Below are positions 55,831 through 64,000 of a stretch of DNA of 64,000 nt, in pieces. The translations under genes and the position numbers were made by a program. Position 1 is the stretch's first letter. Each line of letters opens with the position of its first letter. The DNA is taken from positions 36,652 through 100,651 of the IMG/VR virus record IMGVR_UViG_3300031371_000001. One strand, written 5' to 3'. Source of the stretch: a virus. The notes under the pieces were generated by a model. It saw nothing but the letters and a program-made list of their open reading frames with translations, had not been told where the DNA came from and ran no database searches.

Positions 55831-56414
55831 CGTATCGGCCCTATAAAGCGAAGTATCGCAAGGCTCACAAATGCGCCGGTTGCGGCGAAGACGTTTGGAA
55901 TCCCCCGGACCTTTGCCATGATTGCCGGCGCCTCCTTGCCTATGCGAAGGAACGGATCCGGATCGATGAAAGCGAACCGGCTTGGAAGCGATACGTCGTC
56001 GGACTTGGGCACTTCAGCATGAAGACGCCCGTTTATTCCTCGACGGAGGAGGAAGTCCTAGCTCCGATCCGTGACACGTTGCGAAAGTGGCTTGAAACCA
56101 AAGCAACGGCGTTCACTTGGTTCTTTCAAGACGGGATGCGAGGCGAGACGTATGGAGGCAAAGGAACGTCACGGATCAATTGCGACGGTCGAACGAACGA
56201 TTTCGTTGGCGCCCGGGTGACGTGCCTCCTGTCGGACGAAGAAGCCGATTTCATCCAGACCTTGATCAAGGACTTGCGAGGTGTTGCCGACTTCTATTAC
56301 CGGGAAGGCTTCGAGCAAGGCCGCAAGCTTCTTCAAGGGATCGCGGAAGGATCGTTGACCGTCGATCAAGTCAATAACTACTGCGAACGATACGGACAGA
56401 AAGACAAGTCGTGA
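55827..56414 (+). CDS. Hypothetical protein with Zn finger
   Basis: CAGC...CHDC; GTGA overlaps. Confidence 0.65.
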   Translation: MTYRPYKAKYRKAHKCAGCGEDVWNPPDLCHDCRRLLAYAKERIRIDESEPAWKRYVVGLGHFSMKTPVYSSTEEEVLAPIRDTLRKWLETKATAFTWFFQDGMRGETYGGKGTSRINCDGRTNDFVGARVTCLLSDEEADFIQTLIKDLRGVADFYYREGFEQGRKLLQGIAEGSLTVDQVNNYCERYGQKDKS

Positions 56415-56689
56415 AACAACCTGGAAAGATCGAATCGTTGGATCTGCCGCTGTCCGAAGACGGTTGCCGGTTGTATGGTGAAACCGGACGCGCGTTCGGG
56501 ACAGACAACTTCGCCGCAAAGGCGTTTTGTCCTTTCCTAGCGTATAGGAAGGACGGGTTCCTTTGCGTCCGATTCAACAAGCGTCTTCGCGTCGAACGAT
56601 ACGAATCGCACCAAATAAAAGACTTCAAGCGTTGCGCCGCGTGCCGCAAGGCCGCAACGCATATCAAGATCGGAGTCGGGACGCTATGA
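56411..56689 (+). CDS. Small Cys-containing protein
   Basis: CPFL...C..F...RCAAC. Confidence 0.6.
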   Translation: MKQPGKIESLDLPLSEDGCRLYGETGRAFGTDNFAAKAFCPFLAYRKDGFLCVRFNKRLRVERYESHQIKDFKRCAACRKAATHIKIGVGTL

Positions 56690-56892
56690 TCTGGACGGTT
56701 GGCGATCCGCCTGATAAGGCGATCGTCGTCGCCGGCGGAAAAGTCTGGTTGCTTGACGCCGCGAAAGCGGAGAAGATAGCGGACAGGCTTGAAGTAAAGG
56801 ACGGACCAGAAGAACGCAAGGAACTTCTGAAGAAGCTTCGACGTTACGTGAAGAAGAACGGCGACGAAATCCAGATCGCTTTCAAGCTTTGA
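56686..56892 (+). CDS. Hypothetical protein
   Basis: ATGA overlap; ends QIAFKL. Confidence 0.55.
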   Translation: MIWTVGDPPDKAIVVAGGKVWLLDAAKAEKIADRLEVKDGPEERKELLKKLRRYVKKNGDEIQIAFKL

Positions 56893-56903
56893 AGGAGGAC
56901 GCG

Positions 56904-57119
56904 ATGATCGATGCAAAGCAATTCGTGGGAATGACCGGCCGCGCGCCCGAAGGCGATGAACTCGAACGGGCGAATTGCGATGTCGCCGGGACGCCCGGAC
57001 ATCTTGCTTGCGGGATCTGTCCGGAGTGCAACAAGCCTCGATTCGTGTGCGGCCACTTCTCGAACGTGGACACGATCAAGGTTCCTCGCAAGATTCTTGA
57101 CGAACCGCACCGCGCTTGA
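56904..57119 (+). CDS. Small Cys-rich phage protein
   Basis: TGRAPEGDELERANC..AG..GH..CGIC..C.KPRF.CGH; AGGAGG SD. Confidence 0.65.
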   Translation: MIDAKQFVGMTGRAPEGDELERANCDVAGTPGHLACGICPECNKPRFVCGHFSNVDTIKVPRKILDEPHRA

Positions 57120-57209
57120 CACGCCCCGGAGTCGACGCTAACTTCTATCGCGTTCGGGTGTCTTCTTCCGCCCGGATCCATGACCAGACCCGCACGGAGG
57201 GGATCGGCG

Positions 57210-57386
57210 TCAGCCATCGCGCCGGATCCCCTTTCGTGTCTTCGAAACTATCCACGTTTCCTCCCGCTCCGACTCGAACACCCTTTCGTGCTGTTCGTCT
57301 TCTGTCGGACGGCGCTTGCCTCGATTGATTGCCAGCTTGTGAAGATCCTGGATTTCGTCTCGCATGAATCGTGCGATCTTGTTCAT
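57210..57386 (-). CDS. Small hypothetical protein (58 aa, not in track)
   Basis: AGGAGG SD then MNKIARFMRDEIQDLHK... Confidence 0.45.
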   Translation of the reverse strand: MNKIARFMRDEIQDLHKLAINRGKRRPTEDEQHERVFESEREETWIVSKTRKGIRRDG

Positions 57387-57474
57387 CGTGTCCTCCTAAT
57401 AGTCAGTTCCCGGCGTCTCACCCTGTAGACTGAAGGCGTTGCGAGTTGGCTACTTCGAGAAATCGGAGGGAGGC

Positions 57475-57678
57475 TTACCAGCGGCGGCCGTAAATCTTGC
57501 GGTTGGGGTCAAGTCCAAGATCGAAGTCGTCTTCCGTGATATCGTCCTTCCCGTACATTTCGAAGATCGAAAGAGGCTGTCCGCTTTCGATATCGCCGGC
57601 GCAACGCTTCGAGCAATCGCCCTTGTCGTCAAGGGGAGCATCACAGTAAAAACAGGTTTCGTCCTTCGTCGTTGTCAT
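57475..57678 (-). CDS. Small Cys-containing protein
   Basis: AGGAGG SD; MTTTKDETCFYC. Confidence 0.55.
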   Translation of the reverse strand: MTTTKDETCFYCDAPLDDKGDCSKRCAGDIESGQPLSIFEMYGKDDITEDDFDLGLDPNRKIYGRRW

Positions 57679-57680
57679 GA

Positions 57681-57923
57681 TCAAGCCTCCTTCTTCATTT
57701 GATGACGAATCCCTTTGCGCGTCGGACGGACAAGCGGCCTTAGATCGCCGTTGTGTCCCACGGTATAAACAAGCCCACGATCGAAGGCGCTTTTGAGGGT
57801 TGTTTCCGAAGCACACTGTCCGAAATACGTTTCATGATTCACGAGATCATTAAGTAGCCGGCGCTCCGCGTCGGTTAGTTCAACGTTCTTCCTCTTGTCC
57901 GTCGTTCCATTCGTCGTCGTCAT
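57681..57923 (-). CDS. Small winged-helix-like protein
   Basis: LTDAERRLL...RGLV...PTRKG. Confidence 0.55.
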   Translation of the reverse strand: MTTTNGTTDKRKNVELTDAERRLLNDLVNHETYFGQCASETTLKSAFDRGLVYTVGHNGDLRPLVRPTRKGIRHQMKKEA

Positions 57924-57925
57924 GA

Positions 57926-58297
57926 TCAACCCTCCTTCGAAAGATTCGCCGCGGTTTCGATCGCCGCGCGCTTTGCATCGCCGCTGCGCTTCGTCCCGAA
58001 CTCGAAAGAAGCGACGGGATAGAACTTTTCGCCGCTGTCACCGGACGGATAGACTTCGGAAACAATGCGTCCGACGATAAAGCGCGCGTATCTATGCGCC
58101 TTGATATCGTCCCGGGCGAATTCCTTTCCTGAAGCAACCTGGAGGATCGCAACGTCGCCGCTCCGCTCGATAACCTTGACCGCCGCCCCGGCGTATCCAA
58201 CAAGACGAAGATCGCCGTCCGCCGAAGACTGAATCCAAGCGGCCCTGTTCTCGACATTGGACTTGAAGTGATCCCGGTTTGCCTTTTCGATCATCAT
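57926..58297 (-). CDS. Hypothetical protein, first gene after promoter cassette 2
   Basis: GGAGG SD. Confidence 0.65.
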   Translation of the reverse strand: MMIEKANRDHFKSNVENRAAWIQSSADGDLRLVGYAGAAVKVIERSGDVAILQVASGKEFARDDIKAHRYARFIVGRIVSEVYPSGDSGEKFYPVASFEFGTKRSGDAKRAAIETAANLSKEG

Positions 58298-58311
58298 GAT
58301 GCCGCCTCCGT

Positions 58312-58418
58312 GTTTCCCGTTGCCATATCTAACTTATAGCCCGATACCCTTCGGGAGTCAAGCCTTTGTGTCGATTATTTTCGGGTCCAATGTCGTTTTT
58401 CCGCTAAGTCGTTGAAAT
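58312..58418 (-). promoter_or_regulatory. Class I (early-type) promoter cassette, copy 2
   Basis: TTGACT(58361-58356)-17bp-TATAAG(58338-58333); homologous to 42339-42446. Confidence 0.85.
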
Positions 58419-58583
58419 GATAGGCGGAAAAGAACGCCCGAAGACGCGGTTTCGGCCCATTCCGGCGCCTTTACCGGAGGCGCCCGTATCCGCCCCTTGA
58501 AGCCCCGAAGCCCCGGGGGGATACGGATACAGCCCCTCCCCCTATCGGACGCCATGGCGCCCGCCTCCGGGCTTCCTGGAGGG

Positions 58584-59483
58584 TCATTCGTCAGCCGGTG
58601 GAATGGGCGGCCCGTCGAATAGCTTGACAGTGAAGACGTGCCCGCAATCCTCGCAACGATACGACGCCCCGACGCCCGGTGATTCTGGCGACAAGACGCG
58701 AAGTCCCTTTCCCGTCTTGCAATGCGGACAGCCGTGTGTTTCAGAAAGGCGATCGCGTTTCTTCTTCGCCGCGCGAACCTTCTTTTTCCATCTATGGCCG
58801 CACACCTTGCAAAACAGACTTTTAACTCGAAAGTCTTCATAGCTCGTTTCGATATCACTTCCCTGGTTCCCACACTCCGGACAAATAACGACGTGTTCCG
58901 GCAAGTCGTCTTCGGCGCCCGCCGGCCGGCGCAAGATCCAATGCGCCCCGCAATCGCAAGCGAATTCAGCGCGCGCCCCATTCGCCTTCGAGTCGAAGAA
59001 CCAGCTTCCCTCCGTGTTCTCGCCGCACACCGGACAGATCGATTCATCGGGTTTCGTTCCGACGAAAGGCGCGCACCTGAAGTAACTTGGAGGTCCGTAC
59101 CAAGAATGCCCGCAACCGTCGCACTCGAAATCGATTCGTGAAGGCGTCCATTCGTTTTCTTCTTCGCGCGGCTTCCCGAAGACAAGCGCGCCGCAGACTT
59201 TGCACGTCATGAAGAACGATTCGTTGACGGGTTTCCTGGCGTGATCGACGCCTAGATAGAAGTCTGATTCGGGATCGCCTCCCGGAGTCACCTTCCATTT
59301 GAAGTCACATTCGTCACACTTGAACGGAAACCGGACGTGTCTTTCCGTCACGCGCGCGAATACCTTGGAGCGACAGCGCCGGCCGCATCGTGGACAGTTG
59401 CGAAACAACGTCCGTGCTTCCGGTTCCTTCGAGAACGAATCCCGGAAGTCTTCGAGCGATCCGGTGATCGGCTTGTCACTCAT
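58584..59483 (-). CDS. Poly-zinc-ribbon protein (about 5 ribbons) with N-terminal GSL-motif
   Basis: Ten CxxC/CxC knuckles; ITGSLEDFRDSFSKEP. Confidence 0.8.
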   Translation of the reverse strand: MSDKPITGSLEDFRDSFSKEPEARTLFRNCPRCGRRCRSKVFARVTERHVRFPFKCDECDFKWKVTPGGDPESDFYLGVDHARKPVNESFFMTCKVCGALVFGKPREEENEWTPSRIDFECDGCGHSWYGPPSYFRCAPFVGTKPDESICPVCGENTEGSWFFDSKANGARAEFACDCGAHWILRRPAGAEDDLPEHVVICPECGNQGSDIETSYEDFRVKSLFCKVCGHRWKKKVRAAKKKRDRLSETHGCPHCKTGKGLRVLSPESPGVGASYRCEDCGHVFTVKLFDGPPIPPADE

Positions 59484-60823
59484 GATCTTCGTGTCGTCCA
59501 TATCGAAGCGGGTTCGCTGAAGTCCGCGTCTTGTTGTCGCGTCCAGATCGCGGCGCACATTTTACACTCGAAGTGATAGGCGCTTGTCGAATCATCAATC
59601 GAGCCAACTTCAAGCTTGCCTTCGATTCCCGGGGATTCACATTTCGGGCAAACGTCGATCGCCTTCTCCGACATCGGGATCGGTCCAACGTCCGGGACGA
59701 CTTCGGGAGCAACCTTCGCGCGTCCGCCGATTGAAACTCTGAAATGTTTTCCGTCTTCCTTCAGTTTCCCGGCTTCCTTCAACTTCTCGATTTCTTCTTC
59801 CGTCCAGGAGGTAATATGGATGCCTTCTTCGATTGCGTATTTCTCGCCGCACTCGCAAGTGTAAGCTTTCATCGGACGCTTCCCGGTTCCCTTTGCAGTT
59901 ACCCGCATGGGATCGAAAGCCCGTCCACACTTGCACCTTGCGATCGTCCCTTCTTCAAGTCTTCGAGGATATTTGATCCGCGTCTTGGCGCCGCAGTCGC
60001 AATGGAAGATTGAGAATTCTTCTACGTCTTTGATATGGATGCCTTCGATCTTCTTTCGACACGCTGGACAATCGCCCGTGTCTTTCGGGAAGTCAGGATC
60101 GACGGTTAGACTTCCTTCAAAATGTCCGGTTGGGACTGCCCAAGTTTCGCCGCACTTGCAACGGAACGAAGCGCCGGTTATCCGAAAACTTCTATCGTCT
60201 TCGAGTTTTTTGATCGGCATTCCTTTGACCGTCCGGGCGCAAGATGGGCAGGTGTCAAAGTAGCTTGTCTCGATCGGCAATCCGTCTTCGGCGCTTGTCT
60301 TGTAATCGACCTTGACTATCGAATGCGCGCCGCAAGGACAGTTCGATACATAGACCGTGTGTCCATTTTCCTTCAATATCGCAAAGACGTTCAACGTTCT
60401 TCCGCATTCCAGACAAAGATGCTTCATATCGGGAACGGGATCCGGGAGTCCGATCGGAAGCTCGAAGACGCTACTGAAGTAATAGAAGCCGTCGTCGCAG
60501 TCGTGACACTTGAAGCCGATCGTCGGTTCGCCGGCTTCCTTGATGGGTTCTCCCGGGATCAATGTGTGACAATGTGGACATGATGCAAACCACCGGGCCA
60601 CGTATGATCGCGACTTGCGTTCGTGTCCAATGTCCGCGTACCACTTGTGATCGCAGTCCGGGCAAGTAAAGCCTTTCTTCATGTCGCCAAGCGTCAGGAC
60701 CGGAAAGCATTGGATCGCCCCGCAATGCGGACACGAGATCATGATCTCGCCGCTCGGAAGCTTGTCGGGTTTCGCCCTGAACAGGCTTCGCATTCTTTCA
60801 AGCGATTTGCTTTTGCCCCTCAC
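59480..60823 (-). CDS. Poly-zinc-ribbon protein (about 7 ribbons) with N-terminal GSL-like motif
   Basis: Fourteen CxxC/CxC knuckles; KSLERMRSLFRAKP. Confidence 0.8.
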   Translation of the reverse strand: MRGKSKSLERMRSLFRAKPDKLPSGEIMISCPHCGAIQCFPVLTLGDMKKGFTCPDCDHKWYADIGHERKSRSYVARWFASCPHCHTLIPGEPIKEAGEPTIGFKCHDCDDGFYYFSSVFELPIGLPDPVPDMKHLCLECGRTLNVFAILKENGHTVYVSNCPCGAHSIVKVDYKTSAEDGLPIETSYFDTCPSCARTVKGMPIKKLEDDRSFRITGASFRCKCGETWAVPTGHFEGSLTVDPDFPKDTGDCPACRKKIEGIHIKDVEEFSIFHCDCGAKTRIKYPRRLEEGTIARCKCGRAFDPMRVTAKGTGKRPMKAYTCECGEKYAIEEGIHITSWTEEEIEKLKEAGKLKEDGKHFRVSIGGRAKVAPEVVPDVGPIPMSEKAIDVCPKCESPGIEGKLEVGSIDDSTSAYHFECKMCAAIWTRQQDADFSEPASIWTTRRS

Positions 60824-61623
60824 CTTCGCCTCCGTCGCCTGTCCCGGCTTCCGCGTCCCTCGAACCTGGACCGATAACGGGAATCGAGTTCGTCTTCCTC
60901 TTTCATCCTTTCGATCTCGCGTTCCTCCTCGATCGCCGCTTGCGCGTCAGCTTCGATCATCGCGTCGATCTCGGATTCCCGATCTTCTTCAGCACGCCAG
61001 ATATCTTCTTCGTATTCGTCCCATGCGCGATCGTGCATCGTGTATTCATCTGGATAGTGTGCTTCGTCCAATGAAGCCGTTGGATCTTCAGGGTCGTAAT
61101 ACTTCGACGGACGATCGTTCCAAGGGATATCGAGTGCGTTTCGCATCCATGCCGCGCCGCAATTCGGACACTCGAAATTGACCGTTGACGTTCCCTTCGG
61201 GGGTTCAGCCTCGACGGGTGCCATTCCGCATTTCGGGCAAGTGTCCGTGAAAGCCCCTGGTTTGCGTCCTGAAGGCTCCGGAGCCTCGACGGGCGCCTCC
61301 ATATCAGGCAAGGACTCCCGGGGCGTTCTCGGCTTGCTGAAGGCGTCACGGACGGCTTCCAGGGAACCGCCGATCGTCTCGACGGGATCGCTAGATTCGA
61401 TGTCGTCAGCAAACGGATCTTCCCCAAGCTTGAAATCGATCCCGATCCGGTCGATTGGCTTGTCCATTTTGACAGTTACAGCTTTCGAGATTTCTGTAAG
61501 CGAGTCGTCAAATTCCTTGATCTTGAAAGCGCGGCTGGCTTCGGCCATTGTTATCCCGGTTTTCGCAATCTCCTTGATTGCCCTTGTCAGGAAACGCGCG
61601 CAACTATCGCCGCTCTTCTTCAT
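60820..61623 (-). CDS. GSL-motif protein with Zn ribbon and acidic tail
   Basis: IGGSLEAVRDAFSKP; CPKC/CPNC. Confidence 0.75.
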   Translation of the reverse strand: MKKSGDSCARFLTRAIKEIAKTGITMAEASRAFKIKEFDDSLTEISKAVTVKMDKPIDRIGIDFKLGEDPFADDIESSDPVETIGGSLEAVRDAFSKPRTPRESLPDMEAPVEAPEPSGRKPGAFTDTCPKCGMAPVEAEPPKGTSTVNFECPNCGAAWMRNALDIPWNDRPSKYYDPEDPTASLDEAHYPDEYTMHDRAWDEYEEDIWRAEEDRESEIDAMIEADAQAAIEEEREIERMKEEDELDSRYRSRFEGRGSRDRRRRRR

Positions 61624-62612
61624 ACGATCTTCGACTTGTCGGAATCGACTTTGACCCCCGGTCCCGGGAACGATCCGGGATCGTGCGGGTCAAGGTCAAC
61701 GTAGGTTCGGCAACTTGGATGAACCGGCGGTTCGCCTTCGCGTGTTAGTTCTTTCATCTTGTCGTGAAGCATCACTTCGGGCATTTCGTAATCGTTGCCG
61801 CAAGAGTCGCAATGGACCTTGTATATTGGACCAGTGAATCCAAGCACTGTCCCTTCGCGTGAAGAATCAACGCCGCCTCCGACGTGTCCGCACTTCGGGC
61901 AAGCGCCGTCCGCCGCGACTGTCGAGAGTTCACGCGCCGGCGTCGGCTCCGCTTTCTTCTCCCGCGGCTTCGAGAATGCTTCCCGCACGTCGTCAAGTGA
62001 ACCGCTCACCTTCTCGACGGGAGGCGCCTTGCCGATAGCCTTGACCGCTTCTTCCCGGCCGCCGACGTGTCGCGCGTTTGCGATCATCCGGGAAAGAAGT
62101 CTCGTTTCATGCTGAAAATCTTTCTTGCGTTCGTCGCAGTCTTCACGATTGCAAAGCGCGTCTTCGACAAAGGCAAACTCGATCGTCTCGAAACTTGTTC
62201 CTTTCGCAAGGTGATAGAACACCTTTTCGAGTGAGAACAACGCCAACGCCGCTGGCCTCCTTTTAACGGCTTCGCCTCCAATGATCGCCTTCCAGAATTC
62301 GGAATCCCCGATGATCTTCGAAAACCGCATTGGCCTGATCATCTTGTCGGGTTCGAACAACGTTCCTCGATAGGCGCAATCGTGAAGGATCCCGCGCCAA
62401 CGTTGGATCGTGTCGTGTAGCTGAATGACCTTGCTTTCCTCGAATCCAAGATCACGCAAGGCAACGTTGATATGGTATTCGCAAGCTTCAACGTCCTTCA
62501 AATCCTCCCGACGTATCCCCCCGATCAGATAGAAGGCGTGAAGGACGATCCGCTCGATTGCCGGCGATGTTCGCACGGCTCCCGGAAAATCATCCTTCGT
62601 CGCGGAAGTCAT
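61620..62612 (-). CDS. GSL-motif protein with helical domain and Zn ribbon
   Basis: VSGSLDDVREAFSKP; CPKC/CDSC. Confidence 0.75.
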   Translation of the reverse strand: MTSATKDDFPGAVRTSPAIERIVLHAFYLIGGIRREDLKDVEACEYHINVALRDLGFEESKVIQLHDTIQRWRGILHDCAYRGTLFEPDKMIRPMRFSKIIGDSEFWKAIIGGEAVKRRPAALALFSLEKVFYHLAKGTSFETIEFAFVEDALCNREDCDERKKDFQHETRLLSRMIANARHVGGREEAVKAIGKAPPVEKVSGSLDDVREAFSKPREKKAEPTPARELSTVAADGACPKCGHVGGGVDSSREGTVLGFTGPIYKVHCDSCGNDYEMPEVMLHDKMKELTREGEPPVHPSCRTYVDLDPHDPGSFPGPGVKVDSDKSKIV

Positions 62613-63400
62613 GGTTTCCTCCGGAACCGCCTTCGCACTTCTTCGAGCGCCCCTCCGATTGTTTCGACGGGGGTTCGGATCTCCGTGTCGCGAAGCGGAA
62701 AGCGCGCCATTCGGATCGCTTGCTGAAGTTCGTTCGCCGCTTGGTACAATTGCATTTGGAATCCGTCGAGGTTTTCGCCTAGCAAATGCCCCTCCGCATA
62801 CTTCGCAAACTTCGAGAAGTCGGATAGCCCCAACGGCGTGTCGTCTGCAAGCTTACAGAAGACACCTTCCATTTCGAGCAACGTGCAAATGAAACGGATC
62901 TTCTCGTTCAGTTCTTCAACCCATCGCCCTTTAGTGTGCGTCCCTTCGAGGCGCCCCTCCCAAACTTCGAAATCATCCTTGAAGACGGTTTGAAATCCAT
63001 CCTGGAAATATTCGAGAATTTCACCTTCCGGCGGCGTGTAACCCTTCTCGACGCACGATCGAAGAAGCGGGATCCACTTTTGATAGAGCTTCCGCATTGA
63101 AGTATCGCGTTCAAAGACCGTGCAAGCTCCCGGAAATGCCCGGACGATATCGCCGGCGCCGTCAAGCCTCATGCCTTCATCGCAATTCGCAAGCCCGATG
63201 AACAACTTTGACATCCCGCACATTGCTTGAACGGCACGATCGGTAATCTCTGATTCTTTTTCCGCCTTCGAGACTTCAAGCCCGAACGCCGCCGGATCCA
63301 AATCGATCGAAGCGGTCAAGCGCCCTTTCTTCAGATCCTCCTCCGAAGGTTCTTCGACGGTCACCTTGAAAGGCACGTCCGCTGATTCTTTCGACGGCAT
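62609..63400 (-). CDS. GSL-motif protein with helical domain
   Basis: C-terminal IGGALEEVRRRFRRKP. Confidence 0.75.
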   Translation of the reverse strand: MPSKESADVPFKVTVEEPSEEDLKKGRLTASIDLDPAAFGLEVSKAEKESEITDRAVQAMCGMSKLFIGLANCDEGMRLDGAGDIVRAFPGACTVFERDTSMRKLYQKWIPLLRSCVEKGYTPPEGEILEYFQDGFQTVFKDDFEVWEGRLEGTHTKGRWVEELNEKIRFICTLLEMEGVFCKLADDTPLGLSDFSKFAKYAEGHLLGENLDGFQMQLYQAANELQQAIRMARFPLRDTEIRTPVETIGGALEEVRRRFRRKP

Positions 63401-63406
63401 GGGTTC

Positions 63407-63913
63407 CTATTTCTCTTTATGGGAATAGCCTTCGACGTCGTTTCCGAAATGATCAAGCCCTAGCTTTTCCTCGATACCATGCGGCAGGAAAGGGTTGTAA
63501 ACGCGGATATTCAAGCCGTGCTGAAGGCAAAACTTGATTTCGTCACGGATCGAAAGCGTCGGACGGCGCTTGATCAACTCGACATCGATCGGATCCTCGA
63601 CGGAAACGATCACGTCGAAAGCCCACGGTTTCGACTTGCCGTTGATATCCTCGAACCGCTTGACGACTTCGACGGGGATCTTGCACACCGAAGCCCGGAG
63701 CGCCATTCGATCCGCGCTTCCCTTCGCGTATGATTCGGCGCCCCAACCCTGCGTTCGATAGCTCCCGATCCAAACGCTGTCGAGAGTCGCAGTTGTATCC
63801 CCGGCGCGCGGCTTCAGCTTGGCGGCCATGTCGTCAAGCCTGTATTCGATCGCCTTCACTTCGTCGGCATAATCGTTATACGAAATCTCCGCTTCCTCCC
63901 GGCGATGCTTCAT
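63407..63913 (-). CDS. Hypothetical protein
   Basis: 168-aa ORF in the same operon. Confidence 0.7.
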   Translation of the reverse strand: MKHRREEAEISYNDYADEVKAIEYRLDDMAAKLKPRAGDTTATLDSVWIGSYRTQGWGAESYAKGSADRMALRASVCKIPVEVVKRFEDINGKSKPWAFDVIVSVEDPIDVELIKRRPTLSIRDEIKFCLQHGLNIRVYNPFLPHGIEEKLGLDHFGNDVEGYSHKEK

Positions 63914-64000
63914 GATCGAATCGCGTTCGTCTTTGTCGAGTAGTTTGGAAAGCTTGCTATAGGCGTCGATTCGCTTCCGGGGAAACTTCGCCTTCGCCGC

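Larger units (their letters stand above)
1..64000. mobile_element. Myovirus-type bacteriophage genome segment
   Basis: Terminase, portal, MuF, protease, capsid, neck, sheath, tube, tape measure, baseplate, fibre and endolysin genes occur in canonical order. There are no host housekeeping genes, integrase or att sites. An amidase endolysin, a lipoprotein, SD sites and sigma70-like promoters point to a bacterial host. Confidence 0.97.

Noticed and set aside
1-64000. Stop-codon recoding, inteins or introns; stand-alone eCIS or tailocin; integrated prophage
   Set aside because: Genes are full length in the standard code and all three stops are used; no intein or intron signatures were seen; full head and packaging genes are present; no integrase or host junction is visible.

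Overview
The whole window is one tailed dsDNA bacteriophage with a contractile tail; no host genes and no integrase are visible. Read on the minus strand from right to left, it starts with a translationally coupled block of zinc-ribbon and hypothetical genes (58.6-63.9 kb). Next come an early-type promoter cassette with small genes, a plus-strand accessory block (51.5-57.1 kb, including a DenV-like glycosylase and a MazG-like protein), and a ~1.85 kb non-coding region with AT-rich palindromes and tandem repeats (candidate origin or genome end). Then follow small membrane and Cys-rich genes, ParB, a DNA methyltransferase, a second copy of the promoter cassette, and tRNA-Glu(UUC) and tRNA-Gln(UUG). 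The morphogenesis cluster is complete: TerS, TerL, PBSX-type portal, a long MuF, XkdF-like protease, scaffold, capsid, neck, NUMOD3-HNH endonuclease, sheath, tube, a frameshifting tail chaperone, tape measure, baseplate and a beta-helix fibre. A lysis block and a UvsW-like helicase running off the left edge close the window. The most notable items are these. (1) The head module carries enzymatic cargo: MuF is fused to a HipA/PI3K-like kinase and a probable ADP-ribosyltransferase-like domain, followed by two candidate immunity genes, and the prohead protease is fused to a LigD-phosphoesterase-like domain. (2) A short motif GSL(E/D)xhRxxF(S/R)KP recurs in seven otherwise unrelated non-structural proteins, five of them consecutive, many with zinc ribbons and some with sheath-C-terminus-like segments. 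(3) There are two repeated promoter classes, one of which defines a candidate small RNA or attenuator. All calls come from reading motifs by eye; no searches were run.
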